Source: Nemertoderma westbladi
Taxonomy: Eukaryota > Animalia > Xenacoelomorpha
Direction: 5' to 3'
Length of the DNA stretch: 64,000 nt
NCBI GenBank assembly: GCA_032718475.1
Contig: JAUCBJ010000187.1
Coordinates: 62,001-126,000 of the forward strand
The notes beneath the pieces were generated by a model. The model was not told the origin of the DNA, did no database searches, and was given only the letters and a program-made list of their open reading frames with translations. Shown piece after piece: positions 30,467 through 44,282 of the stretch (position 1 is its first letter; each line of letters begins with the position of its first letter). A program made the position numbers and the translations under genes.

Positions 30467-33400
30467 TTACTCTAGTTTATAGGTTAGACTACTTGGCCTA
30501 ACTCGTTGTTGCCCATAGTTACCAGAACGTTCCCTTGCCAGTTCTAATAAACAAAGGCGGCCGGTTGGTCGATTGAAATAGTGTACTTTGGGTTTAAATG
30601 GAGGGTGATAGTAGTCAACTCTTTTCTTTGGGGGTGCCGCTTCTGACTGCGTCATGGGTTTGTCTCTAAATCCTCTTGCAAGGTATACAATTCCGCAATG
30701 TTTGGTCCAGAGCCGCACTAGGGTTGACTAAATAGTAGTGCATCAATATATGTTCTCTCCCGGTGTGATATAGTCTGTAGTGGACGTCCTGTATCAACTT
30801 AGTTTGAATTTTGGGATCGGATATTAATATTGGGAACATAGTGTCTCTAGAAATAGGAGCGTTAGCAAGATAACCTCCGACACGAATTGATCCATTAATT
30901 ATAGTACTTGAGAATTTATCCAACAATGGAGTCAAAGGATTGGCACTGAGTTGATGATATTCCTCAGGTCTCTCAAGTTTCTGTGAAAGTCGTAACAGTT
31001 GTAAATTAGATTTATCAACTTCAGTGGGTGACAAGCCTACTACAGGTATATTATTCGTACTATAATCTGTAGTGGAATAGTTGTTTCAGAATAGTTATAG
31101 CCCTACATAATTTATCCCATGAGCTATAATGGTTCATGGCGCGGGCTATCAGTGGGGATAGACCTACTTCAATATTAGGTAAGTCTGATTGATTTTGATT
31201 AATTGGGGTGGTGTCTGAGACAGCTTCAGTCCGGGAGTGAATACTCAAAAGGGGGTCTGAGTTTGGGATGTCCAATTTGTTTACATAATTATTGGTTACC
31301 GTGTCAATGGATTCTCCATATTCATCCGTATTAAATCGGAATGTCGGTTGATTGTTGTCGCTGGATTTACTGGATTCACTGCAAAATTTTGAAAACTTTG
31401 CCCCAAAATCGGGTCCTCTCACCGCGAATTCCTCCTCTTCCACAATATAACTGGGTTTAGGAGAATGGATGTAATTAGTCGATGTTTTCTGAATGAATGT
31501 GGTTAGTTGATTTGTATCCCTGTATTATGTTCAGGGTTTTTAACATTGGGTGAGATAGGAGGGTGTGATATATTTTCAGCTTCAACGCCATTTATATTGG
31601 CTGCTCTCTTTAAGATCTGGTACTCAGGAGAGTATGGATTCCTGATAGCAGCAACGTTATTCGAGGCTAGGAGGTCCTGAGAATTAGCCAACTTTTGATG
31701 TAGCTCTTCCAGAACCTTAGCAGCTTGCACAGATTCACCTTGCATTTCCTGCAAGCGTCAACGCTGCATAATCCGTGATTGCTCATTGTTGGCGGCTTCG
31801 TCATGTAGTTGCTTTAAATGCAGCTGTAATTGTTGCCATTGCTGTTGCTGCTTTTCCAATGCTTGCTGATTTTGTTCATTCACCATCTCTCGTTGTTTAT
31901 TTAATCGATTTAATTCAAAATCGATATTATTTAATTGTTTCATTTTATTATTTACTGCCTCCTGCATAGCTTGCAGATTTAATGATGATTCATTTAATCT
32001 TTCCCTATAGAGGGAATCCTCATTCGCCAAGGCGACCCTATTTATCGCCCCAGTGGGTCCGCCATCCCTCATCGACTCAACCGAGCCGATGGACACGACC
32101 GGCCTGGAGGCGGCATTGTCCATCACGGGAGTCGATGATGGGGGACAGGCTAGGGCCCTGGGCGTGAGTGTTCAATGGGTGGGTGAAGGCAGTGCTAGAC
32201 ATTCTATCAATGGGTATTGGGATTGGTCACGCCTGTTTGGGTTGTACTGTAGGCGTAACTATTCTATCCCCATATACTGTAGAAGTTTTAGGCTGCAAAC
32301 TCGCTGCCCAATTACTTTCTACAGTAGTTGTCGAAATACCAATGGGTGTAAATTTGGTTTCAGTCACCATAGCCGAAGATGTTGCATTTGGCTCCTTCAC
32401 TTCGATCTCCTTAAGTATTTCGTCTTGTTGCTTCTTTGCTTGCTTTCTCTTTTGCTGAGTTTGAAATTCGAATTCCTTCGCTTCCCTTCTGCGTTTATAT
32501 TCCTGTTCCTCCTGTTCACATTTACTTTCCTCTTGTTCCAACTTGAGTTCATGTTCCTCTTGTTCCAAGTTGAGTTCACGTTCATATTCCTCCCGTAAGC
32601 GTTCGTCTTCTGCCTGATCCTGTAGTTGTTTCAATTTATCTTTATTTTTGTCCAGGTCTTGGTCCATCGTCAGTCTTCGTTGATGTTCCATCTCTATTTC
32701 ATTATGGGTATCCTTTAGGATCCCCTTACTTATGGAGCTGGACGGAGGATGACCACAAAGTCTTCTTATTAATTCTTCTTCTCCCACTTGCTTTATGTAA
32801 TCTCCGAGGTGTTTACGGATCGCATCTTCTTGTCCCGCTTGAGTCGCGGGTTTGGTTTGCATGTACCTTTCAACATCTTGGGTATCGATCAGGGATGGGT
32901 GGTCAGAATCTAGAGTTTCAGGATTAGGGAGTTCGCCTTGGAAGGAGAGACAGGTACGCGCTGAAAGAGCGAATTTTACTATGTTGTCATTGGCTGCAGT
33001 TTCTATCACTGTGGCTCCAGTCTGGATAGCAGACTGATATAAGGCGGAGAGGATTATTCTGATGCGGACTATTCTCTCTTTTATGTCATAAAAAAGTGAT
33101 GGAGGATGGACTATATTTGGGTCCCGTAAGGTGGTTTCAAAACTGGTGATTTGCTTAGCAAAGCCGGTCTGAAATCCTCTCAGTGTCCTTCCCACTTTAC
33201 TAAGGTCAGTGGGATCGGTTGGTACTCTCAATGCCGTCAGTTCTTCAGAGGTGGCAGAATGTAATGGAAAAAACTTATCCAAAGCTGGAAAGTTATAATA
33301 TCGCAATACAGCCTGTTTCATCTCTGTGACAGACATAGACAGTATTTGAGTCTTAGTCCCTTTTTCAGAGGCCCAATAGCTATCAATGGCCCTTAGTAGG

Positions 33401-33768
33401 CCGATTAATAAACCTGGGGAAGGGGCCATAAGTGGGTCCATTCCCGACGGCAGGTTTAAACCTGTGGCTGTGTCGACTTCCGTCCGGTCTAAGTCTGAGG
33501 TCGCAGTCACTTGCGGTCGGTCAGATTGTAATTCGAGGCCAATAGTGGGTTGGTTAGTTCTGGTGACAGCGGGTGGTCGATTTCGTTTTGAGGGCATAAT
33601 GCGGTTAGTCGCTTGATTCGAACTGGAATATTCCGGCTCGGGCAATTCTCTACTCGGAGATCTGTCCGGGTCGGAATGTGCTGGTCTCGCAGTCAAGTTA
33701 AGATTGGAGGTGTGGTCGCTGAGAGAGCTGTCTGAGGCGCTCTTGTTGATACTTGAACGATAACACAT
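30467..33768 (-). pseudogene. Degenerate, internally deleted BEL/Pao element D (Gag N-terminal coiled coil plus integrase remnants)
   Basis: YSSWDKLCR, IRVGG, FPILI, H..YHTG..CIPC, NRPTGRLCLLE..SGNY; capsid, RT and DDE core absent; no LTRs identified. Confidence 0.75.
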
Positions 33769-34516
33769 TTTGTTACATTTTATTTTGAAAGACTGTATTT
33801 TTATTAACCCTTTAAATAATTATTATGTCTTCCCTTTATTATCGACGATTTATTGTAACACTAATAATATATTATAAATAATTATTACAATCGCACCCAA
33901 TAAATAACACAGAATTAAATTGATTAATTCAGTCCACAAGTTAATTACCGGTAAATAATAAATATACGACCGGTAATTTATTTGTTAGGAATAATGCCGT
34001 GATAAATATTCTGATTCACCGCTGGGTGGGAGAAACTATCAAGTTTAACTCGCTACAAGCAATGTTATGCAGTGACAGAGGAATGAATTACCCCCTATTG
34101 GGTTAAGGGTAAGATAGTAGTACACAACACAAGAAGGTAGTATAAGCAAGGCAGTAAACTACCACTATAGGGTGTATACTGTAAGCTACCTTCACATGCA
34201 ACACATCCAATCAAAAGGATGGTTTGAGGCTAGCAAGCTGAGATAATGTTTCCTATGTTGTAATACAGCCTACCTATTAGCAGCAACCAACCAAGCAGGG
34301 GAGTGTAAGCTCAGGCTGTAGTCAAGGGTTACGCAGAGGTAGGACAGTCATATGACCTAATATCGCTTGTAGAAATGACAAATAATTCCACCCAAGAAAT
34401 ATATTGGTTTTTGGAATATTACGCTGACAAAGATCCAAGCTGTAAATATCGGATCTAATGGGAAAATATAAGAGCTGAAATGTTAAATAGCTCAATGATA
34501 TGTATGTGGGGCGAGC

Positions 34517-35025
34517 CACGAAGTTGGCGGAGCCTTAGCGAATTGACACTGTTAGGGGGTGGGTCAATTTATGCAAATAGTTGTCGTCGTCGTCGTCGTC
34601 GTCGTTGTCGTCGTCGTCGTTGTCGTCGTCGTCGTTGTCGTCGTCGTTACGATTTTGACATGCTAATAACTTTGTCGGATTTAAAGCTGCCAAGTTGAAA
34701 ATTTGTAGGTATCAATATGAGCAAAAGTTGAGATATTTGAGAGACTTTCAGACACCATCAGTGCAATGGTCTCCCGCTAGAGGGCCACATGTCTAAACAT
34801 TAAATGCCCTCCCATTTCTTTGCTTTTAATCCGTTTAAGCTGAAACTTGGCAGATATGTATTAGACCATTAGCTGTGACTTTCAAGGGAGGCGAATCCAT
34901 CTGCAGTTCTCCAGTCTGCCGCTAGAGGGCCAACGTGACTATTTGCATAAATTGACCTACCCCCTAACAGTGTCAATTCGCTAAGGCTCTGCCAACTTCG
35001 TGCTGCGCGAAGTCCCCACTTCGTG
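34517..35025. mobile_element. Non-autonomous inverted-repeat element (HINE/DINE-1-like or MITE) with (GTC)n microsatellite
   Basis: 65-bp inverted repeats 34517-34581 and 34938-35002; (GTC/GTT)n at 34582-34647; distal hairpin CGAAGT-CCCC-ACTTCG. Confidence 0.6.
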
Positions 35026-36107
35026 TATATCAGTTAAATGTTCCTTTTATATTTATTATGGAATAATAATCTTGGAATAAAACCTCACAACTTACAAAAA
35101 TAATATAAAACGTTACTTATACCTAAAGTACCTACGTTACAAGAAGTGGTGTAAACTTAGAGTTTACTTTAATGTAGTACACGTAAAAACAAAATTGGCA
35201 GAACAATAAGACTGTGGGAATTTACCAGGGGATTTGTAAAACGTTTCGAACATTTAGGGCGTCGAAACCAGTCAAGAGACAAACGTTAATAGCACAAATA
35301 AAAACATTAGATACGGTTAGTAGAATGCGCCCCCGCGATTGTCGTAAAATACGCTACCTTGGTGGAGAGGGCCCTTTCCCTGCAAGAAAACAGGCGCGGT
35401 AGCTACCAAGATAAAGCGCCGTCCCAGATTGTGAGAACCCTATACCCATGACCTAGGCACATTGTAGTACATCTCAGCAACTGCCCAGACGATTTTCTTG
35501 AAATTTGCACACGACCTGCGCCGCGGTTCCATATAACCCTATACCAAATTTCAAATAAATTCATAACTTAGGGGCCGAGTGAGAATGTTTTAAAGTTATT
35601 AAAAATTAATAAAAACTATTAGAAATATATCTTGCCGATATCTGATTGGGAAGAGCACCGAGGCAGTTCGCTGGTAGAATTAATTCAGAGTTGGCTTGGC
35701 AACCATAATACAGTAGGTAGGTAGACCTGCTAGTACGCTGTTATCTCAGTAGTAATATGGCCCCCATCTAATGTGTACTATTTATAGACAATTTGATTTA
35801 ATGATAACCACAGTGTCTGACTACTGGGGTTGTTTAATGACGGATGTTATACTATAGCCAGTCTGCCCAGCAATACACATATCCATTATATGAACAATGT
35901 TTACAGTTAATCTATTGAATGGGGCTAATCAGTAGTGGTTAAATGATGCGAATTATAATGGTAGTGGCAAAGCAGTACATATGTACACTCTAGTCCAAAA
36001 TCAGTCGATCTCAGGAACTGCAGATACGATTTTTTTTTAATTTGCACACAATATGAAGGGGGGTACCAGAAATACGTGTACCAAATTTCAAGTAAATTGA
36101 TCAATTT

Positions 36108-36437
36108 ACTAATATATTTATAATTAAAAAGGTAGTAAATTTCGCTATTTAAGAAAACTATAGGTCCTATAGGAAAATGATGAAATTCAAAGTTGTAGAT
36201 AATCATCCGCGTAGCCCATCGGTGGAATAAAATTTTGACTTTATTTATAACTAATATATTTATAATTAAAAAGGTAATAAATTTCGCTATTTAAGAAAAC
36301 TATAGGTCCTATAGGAAAATGATGAAATTCAAAGTTGTAGATAATCATCCGCGTAGCCCATCGGTGGAATAAAATTTTGACTTTATTTATAACTAATTTA
36401 TTTATAATTAAAAAGTTTATAAATTTAACTATTTAAG
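36108..36437. repeat. 142-bp tandem duplication (~2.3 copies)
   Basis: Unit starts at 36108, 36250 and 36392. Confidence 0.85.
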
Positions 36438-36979
36438 TAAATAATCCGAAACGTTTATTTCCGAAATGTTTAATTGTACAATGCGAATTCGAATCTACCA
36501 ATTATTTTTTGGAACGATTAGAAGACCACCGGGGCTACATGTTTAGATTATGATTTATTTGTTCCAGAACGTTGTTGAAGGGTGGGTGGGCAATTTGGTG
36601 CTAGTGAATATTTAGAGTTCATTTATTTAGCTCAAAATGCTTAGAATTCTCAAGTTGTTTACATTGATATCACAATTTTGAAAGAAATATTTATCAAGAA
36701 GGTCAAAACTGAAGCCATTCTCGGACGTCCGCTCTTGGTCTCTTAGTATATTTACTCGAGTATAGGGCATGAGCGAACTATTGACGGGCTAAGATCGCAT
36801 AAAGTGGTTCCGATCGACTGAAAAATTCGAACTAATAAGTCTGTACTGGGGGTAAGTCGATAAATAGCAGTTCGATACATGGTTGAAGAAACGAAAGTGC
36901 CCCACGATTCATCCAGAGACTATGTTGTGGATATTTTTGATGGGCCAGTAGTACGTCTGCGCTTTAATTCCGTAAAACC

Positions 36980-37217
36980 AAGTAGCAAGCAAACATTCGG
37001 CCGAAGCCGGAGGTGACCCGAAGGCTCCTCTTTCGATAGCTGCTACCCGAGGGTAGGGGTGGGCGCTACTCCTATACCAAGATTTGCTCCCAGTTATTTA
37101 ACTGGTACTCATTTTATCGACCCCAGTGGATGAAACGCTGAGTGGACCCAGGCAGGGCTGAACCTACAACCAATAGATTGCAGGCCCGGTGCTCAACCAA
37201 CTGAGCTAGCGCGCTAG
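36980..37217 (-). mobile_element. tRNA-derived SINE with Deu/Nin-like core
   Basis: TAGCTCAGTTGGTTGAGC head; ACTCAGCGTTTCATCC..GGTCGATAAAATGAGTACCAG core; LINE-like tail GGAGTAGCGCC..GGAGCCTTCGGGTCACC. Confidence 0.7.
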
Positions 37218-40200
37218 AACCAAGTATAAGTAAAAACCAAGTATGAAAGCTAATTTGTCGGGAATAAAGTGATATCTCCCCCCACAAGGTAATAAACAAC
37301 TTTATGTGTTCCAATAATGGAAATAGAAATAAGATAGGGGTTAAAATGAGGCCTACAAAACAATTAAGCATTTACTTAATATACTATGAAGCCAAGCAAT
37401 CAGATACCGGTAATTCACAACAGGCAGACTTGCAGTAAGATTTTTTATGGTAAATATGAGATTCCGTCTATTATCTGACCCGACCAATCTAGAAATATTG
37501 CAGTGGGAATTTACCTATTGTACCCGACTTGCAGTAGAAAACGAACGTCTACGCCTTGCAAGGTCCACCAACACATAGGGCGCTATCACGTAATGTTCAA
37601 AACTCACCAATACGTGAAAGCAAAAAACAACAAATAAACCAACTACAAATAACGATATATAAAGTACCCTTTTACACACTCTGGTTATACACCAGTAAAT
37701 AAGTTTATCAAATACTTGCAGAATACTTACCAAAAAATACAATAAACGGGATCAGTGTTTACAATATAAATCGATAAATATTTATGCTCCAAATTCCTAC
37801 CAATTACGATGGCCGATCGAAATTAGAGAAAATAAACACACCAATAGAACAAATAAGCAAATCAAAACACTCAAGGGGGGTTGAGAGTCAGTTATTACTG
37901 TTAGTGCATTGGACCAAAAATATGTTCTTTCAATCTCTATTTCGTATATTGTGACCTTTTACTGACTGTGCCGAAATACATGCAGATAAGCTATAACCGT
38001 CTAGTCTGATACAAAGAACGGAATGGCGCTAGTATGTATCAATGTACACTATGCTCAATGTATCTGTTTATTCTACCCCTTTTTCCCTTTTTATGTATTG
38101 ATTTGCTCTATATTTCATTTAGTTCAATACGGTATTTGATTATCTATTGTATGTAACTGAGATATGATACCGGGAGGGTGTGGGTGTAACAAGCAAATGA
38201 CTGACTAATTAATTCTGTAAGGACTCAAGTCTGGCAGCTGTGTTTCTCTTTAGGGGAAACGTATTGTATCTTGTCTTTGGTCTAATTATATTGATATCGC
38301 TACATTATTCAATTTGTGACAACTCTCAATCATGATACAATTAATAATAAGAGCCAAAATGGTCTGAGATATCACCATATATTAATTATTTAGTAAATCA
38401 GAGGTACGACGACACACAAATCTGATGCAATTGTCCAGATTATCACTAATACTTAGTTATAGTGACCCACCTGTTGTGGCGTGTGTAAAACTCTCTTGAT
38501 TCCGTAATATCGGCGATATATTAAGCAAATAATAGTAGTAAATTGACTTTACTAGCAGAATATCAATTAAATAAATAATAAAATTAAATAATTAAATAAA
38601 TTAAATAAATTATTGTTAATAATTGAATTATATTATAATTCAATTATTAACAATTGACTTAGAAGTTTAAAAGTTTAAGTTTAAGTTTATCTCTTTTATT
38701 CATTAAAACTCATAGTTATGATAAATAACACATGAGGCAGTCTACATTAAGAGTAGACTGATAATCAAAATGAATAAGCGTCGTAGGGCCAAGGTGTTGC
38801 TTCGCAGCACCTGTACGTACAGTATGTAAGCTACTATAAAGTAATATACTTAAATTCAAGCTAACCAATTATAGCACAAACAAATTATAATAACTGAATA
38901 AAACATATGTAAATTTATATTAGCATCTATCCTGCATATTTGGTTTGGTATATTTTCCATAATTTCGCCTTGAATATTAATAATGAAGCAGCACCCGATA
39001 CATTTAACGGTAGCTTATTCCATAATTTTATGAGGGATACTATGAGGTTGTCATGGCCATGTTTGTTTTTCATTTTAGGTATGACTATATATGTTATATT
39101 GGTATGACTATATATGCGTTGGTTAATTTTCTGATTTTTGTTTGAATGAAAGGGTATGTTTAAATTTTGGTAGGTGTTACGATATATGACGCTGTGTACT
39201 GAAGCAGCCCACTATACAGTATAAAGTATTTTAGATAAGTCATAATAATGTATGGCCATGATTAGATAGGGACGATAAAATATCCAAGTTTATATATTTC
39301 ATCCGTTTTTGTACAGTATGTAGTTTGCGTATGTAATTTTATAATAAAATCTTAGTAAATAACATTTATGGTGGCAAACTTTCATAAAACCTTAATACGA
39401 ATTTGCCGTTTATCAATATTGACTGAATTAATTGTGTATTTGTGTTAATTTCATTTATATTTCTCCCTAAATTGGCTTTATATCGAATTTATGCTTAATG
39501 TGCTTTAATAATCGCGAAATTAATGTTATGGCCAGCAACCTATAAGCCCACCGGGACAGAATTCATTACCATATATGGTAATAATTTGTGAAATAGTGGG
39601 AAAGTGATCACAACCCGGCTTCCCCATTGGCCCAGATGTTCTAGGTTAGTCTAATGGTGGCATGGTTTGCTGGACCAATGAAAAGATTATTGCGTCATCC
39701 CTATTTCGTCAGCTATAAATTTGCAGTGCTTCAGTATCTTGTACCCCCCCCCCCCCCGTTGAAACGTTTATCTCTTACCTGTCTTCGTATATTTTTGCAT
39801 CGGTACATCAGTATTGCATGTTTTGATAAATGTTTTAAAATTCTTTGCTATTTCTTTCTTCTAATTATGTAAATCGTTGATTACTTCTTGATTACAATTT
39901 CGAATAATGATTTCTGCATTGACTCGATTTCTTAAATCTATGTAATTGAGATGTGATAATCCTTTCGACTATCAGACTGTTTGTGAACGCATGCGTCGAT
40001 ATGGTAGCTATTTGTTTTAGTATGGAGGGCTAAAGGTACCGGTAGGCGTGGCGGGCGCACCGGGGAAGCGACAAAGGGAAGTGTGGAGGATCCATGTGGG
40101 GCAACGCTGGCGGGGGCCACTGTTGCGGTCGGGCTAATCAGTTAAGGACCGGGGACCTGTCATCAGTACAGTATTTGGGGGCTGACGATCCAGACTTCGT

Positions 40201-40870
40201 CTCAACCTTGTAGCGCTAGGGGGTAGGATTATGGTTTAGTTAGGAGGCCTATGTGTGGCTTTGGGTGGCCTTTGCTTCTTACACTAGTATACTAGTACAT
40301 TGCTACACTAGCAGACTGGTATTTCTAGCGCTTTAGTCGACACTAGCTGACTGGCGCTGCTAGCGCTATCTGCCATACTATTAGCTTTATTGCTACGCTA
40401 TTTGTGTTGCATTGCTAAAGAGTGCCTGATTCTTGAATGTGAATGCTTAGATAGGCGCTGTTTTCTTGATTGTTTCCATTTCTTAGTTTATACTTATTAA
40501 TTGCTGATTAGGTCAAAATAATACAGTATTTAGGCTGTTGCTAGTATAACCCAGTACGTAATAAATTAGAAGTACGTATTCTGGAATACTTAGTAATTTG
40601 TATGCAAATTCGTATTTATGACACTGTAGTAATTTAGCAATGTTAGAATAAAATAAAGAATTTGTACGCAGCATAGCGGAGAGTAGTTTGGGTAATTATT
40701 TTAGAATACCATAGACTATCTAACGCTAGGCGGTTATTTGAAAATAGTGAGGCAACGGGCTGATAGCGGTAGCTAGTATACAGTAGTAAATTCGCTGGTC
40801 TAAAGCCAGCTGAAGGCCAAGGTTTGACATTAAGAAAATAAACAGATTTATCCCTTTATAATATTAAAAT

Positions 40871-42115
40871 TGTACGCGCTTTTGAAGACCTTTAGCAGTT
40901 TAACCTGCCAAAATTTATATGTCTTTTGGTTTATAAATATACTTTAGAAGATGACAAATATTTAATACCAATAAACACAACATTAGCAGAAGCCAGCCTA
41001 GTGCGCGTCCATTCACCCGCTGGATATTCCCGGGAGACTGGATTCTGAGGGCTTAGATTATTATTGCAGTGTAAGCTTACTGTACTGTATTATTCGATTG
41101 ATCGTTAATAATTAATTTCTGACTAATATTATTCACTTTCGGGAAATATTAACAGTTCCTTTAGGACGTGGCGCTCTATCTAGGTAAACAGAGATATGAC
41201 TTATACTAATCACAACGGTAAGTCGGTAAGGCTTATGATTCACGTATGAGGCGCATTCTTTAGGAAATGCTTAGTTATCAATCACAATCATGCACACTAC
41301 CGGTAACACACAATACTGCCCACTAATTTGCCGACCGTCAATGATTTTTATCATATATAAAGCGAACAGCAATTGACTCATGTAGGGCTTACCAAATAGC
41401 ATTAAATTCACTACAAACCACAACAATATAAGTCGCAATCGCTATATATAACCCGTCTCTCTAACCTGTAGTGTATCAAGAAAATTGGGAAATTTGGGTT
41501 CCTTATATATGTTCTCCAAATAATATTCAACCAAAACACAACAGTAAACAGCATTAAGACGGTAGGTTAAGATATGATATGACAATGTATGTGCCGATTG
41601 AGTCGATAACAGTTATACGCTCTATAATCTTAAGCCTACTAATGTTTCTTCTAAAGTATGAAAACGAATTGACTCTAGAGCCGTTGTTCCTGGCCTAGAT
41701 AGCAATGACACAACAGTATCACAAAAAACAGTAAGACTGAACACTCTCCTTATGATCGGCCGAAAAGCTACACATCGACAGGAAAAATCGCTCTGATTGG
41801 CTCAAGCCAAACAAAGAACCATGCGTCCAATGGCTGTTTCCATGTCAGCAACCAGCTGTTAGATGTCGTAATATGAATCATCACGGATAAGCTGTGAAAG
41901 GTATTTGGTGCATTGCAGGTTTTTTGCCTTACCATGTCCGCTAAAACACGTATATAGCAGAATGACTTTTATGTCCGTTAAAACACCTGTAACGGTACCT
42001 TGCGGGCGAAGGGAATATATGTACAGTTAGAGAACCTTTTAGAGTATTCCAGCGCCTGGGGGGAAACTGGATTGCGAAGCAATGGGGCCAGTTATATCCC
42101 ACAGAAGCTTTTACA
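40871..42115 (-). repeat. 3' LTR of C
   Basis: TG...CA ends; direct repeat of 52833-54077; preceded by sense GGGAGCGG. Confidence 0.95.
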
Positions 42116-42193
42116 CCGCTCCCAGAAAATGGGATTTGAGTCTATAAAATATACAAAATCACAGTTTCTAATATACGTAAATACTCTAAACAG

Positions 42194-43642
42194 TTAGTCT
42201 TTCTTGCGCGGACGGCGTTTACGCAGTTTTTTAAAGCTGGCCAGAGTCTTTTTCTCTTTGGGGCGAGCCACTTTATAAGGAGGGCTATAACTCCTGGGTG
42301 AAGGGTGCAATATGATTGCATCAGAGGGTGTAGGATTATGGTCGGTGTATCCGCCAGTCGAAGTGCCGGGTTGATTGACATCAACGTCGGGGGAGAGGGG
42401 TTTAACGGCCTTGAGAGCGCGTTTTAGGACAGCCGCTCTGACGGGTCCTCTACGAGTGGTCTGAACAAGAGCCGTGGGTGGACCATAGGCAGTCAGAAAC
42501 CTCCTGGGTTTAATGGTTCTTTCCAACTCGCGTTCGCGGGCTCGGTATTCGTAAGGTCGTCGATACACTTCCTGTAACTCGGGGTGTGAGTTAACAAATA
42601 AGTCTCCATAGTCTGGATCCTGACGGATATAATTGATTAAGTTATAGGAATGAAGGTCGCTAGGATTAACACTCCTGAGAAATTTGCGTACGAATTTGGT
42701 TGAAATACATTCTCCGACGCGCTTCAGTAGTTCGTAACTCGATATGCGTGATTTCTGTTCGACAGAAGTGAATAGATAAGGATGGAACGCATAAACTCCT
42801 TCGTAAGCGCGTCCAGGATAATAGCGATGGCGCGAATCACAATGTAAATCAGCGTTCGCTTCCCAAGCTCTGATGTAACGTAGTATGATCATTGCATCTA
42901 CGCTTTCCAAATCGTGATTAAAAGGGCAATCGAAACTGGCGTGTCCCTTTAGTTGACAATGGTGACATTGAGTCATAAATTGAGGGCAAACCGCAAAAAT
43001 GTGCAAGTTATTGAGTCTGCAATACGCACAATAAATTTCCATCACCGGTTGTTCGTGGAAATAGGAACAGCGGACGTTTGTGTCCATGGGCGTAACATGG
43101 TCTCTCGATGCGCATAACCGACAATGTTGCCGAGAAACATAGTTGGCATGGCGATAATCGTACGCAGTGAGACACTGTGGACCTTGATACCATTCTAGGA
43201 TGTAATCGTTGTCGCTGTTCCGGGCGCGATAGGCTGAATCTCCTCAGATTCTAGACATATTGGTTCGTCTTCCCAGTCTGTTACGAATAGAATTTTCGTG
43301 ATCTATTCTCGGTTTATCGTTACGACTCCGCTGGGTATGATATTTAAATAGAACCATTTCCCTTTCGGTGTCTACATCGTCCGTATCATGTAAATCGATA
43401 GGATGGCCGGTAGTTAGGAAGTCCATATACGTACTATTACGATGCGTATAGCGAGCGGTGAATTTTCGATAGTCCAATTCATGCGTAAGTTGCTCTTGGG
43501 ACATCGGCGGTTCGATATAACGACCATCGTCCTCCATAATGGTTGGATCGGTTTCACCGCGTATCAAGCTATCCACAAATGCTTGTAAATGTAGAGTATA
43601 TCGCTCCCTGATACCAAGATCATCTTCTATCAACTCTGTTAT
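42194..43642 (-). pseudogene. ORF3 pseudogene of C (~1.2-kb internal deletion; ATA in place of ATG)
   Basis: N-terminal part matches B 21845-22210 and joins B ~23415 at ~43272; knuckle region and basic tail retained. Confidence 0.85.
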
Positions 43643-44282
43643 ATCTGCTATCTGAGTTTATTAATATTGTAATGAGTTTATGTTTAGGCGAGCGGGCGTC
43701 GCTGCCTACCTCTCTTCGCCCCCGGACAGTGGGATTCTCAGCGCCGATGTACCGTCGTCGCGGTGTTTATGCCAACATGTAGCAACAGCACGACAACGAT
43801 AACCGGCACAAGTCACTCCACTGTCCGTCCCAAAGGCTTGAATCCACTTTAGGTTCTTTCTATAGGAGAGTTGGGCTACTTTCACAATTGCGACTAGCTA
43901 CTGTAAACATACTTTAGCAGTAACATTCACCTACAAACGCACAAATTCCACACAACTGTCACCAATTGTACACATACAGGCCATTTGTCCGTTAGTCAGT
44001 GCCTTCCAGAATGTCACGTTATTACTGTGTATCCTTGGATACTAACAGTGTGCTATGTATTCTCTATGCTATGCAATGGGACAAGCTTTCTATTGTTCTT
44101 TTAACTTGCTTCTAATTCTAGCGTGGGTGTTGCTATGGTGACATTATGGAATGCTAGCGGTAGAATTAGGGTAATTCTCATGCATACAGATCTGGGATGC
44201 TATTTAATAATAATTCTTTAATTGTCAATATCCTCTCTATGTATGATTTTATTAATTTTATCGGCTATTGACTATATGTTGG

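Noticed and set aside
34480-34698. Arg-rich protamine-like ORF
   Set aside because: Translation of a (GTC)n microsatellite
38729-38812. Two short hairpins as Helitron 3' ends
   Set aside because: No CTRR terminus or matching 5' end identified
39938-40400. GC-rich stretch with CTAG-rich repeats, possibly another retroelement fragment hosting C
   Set aside because: No protein motif, LTR or TSD found to support a call
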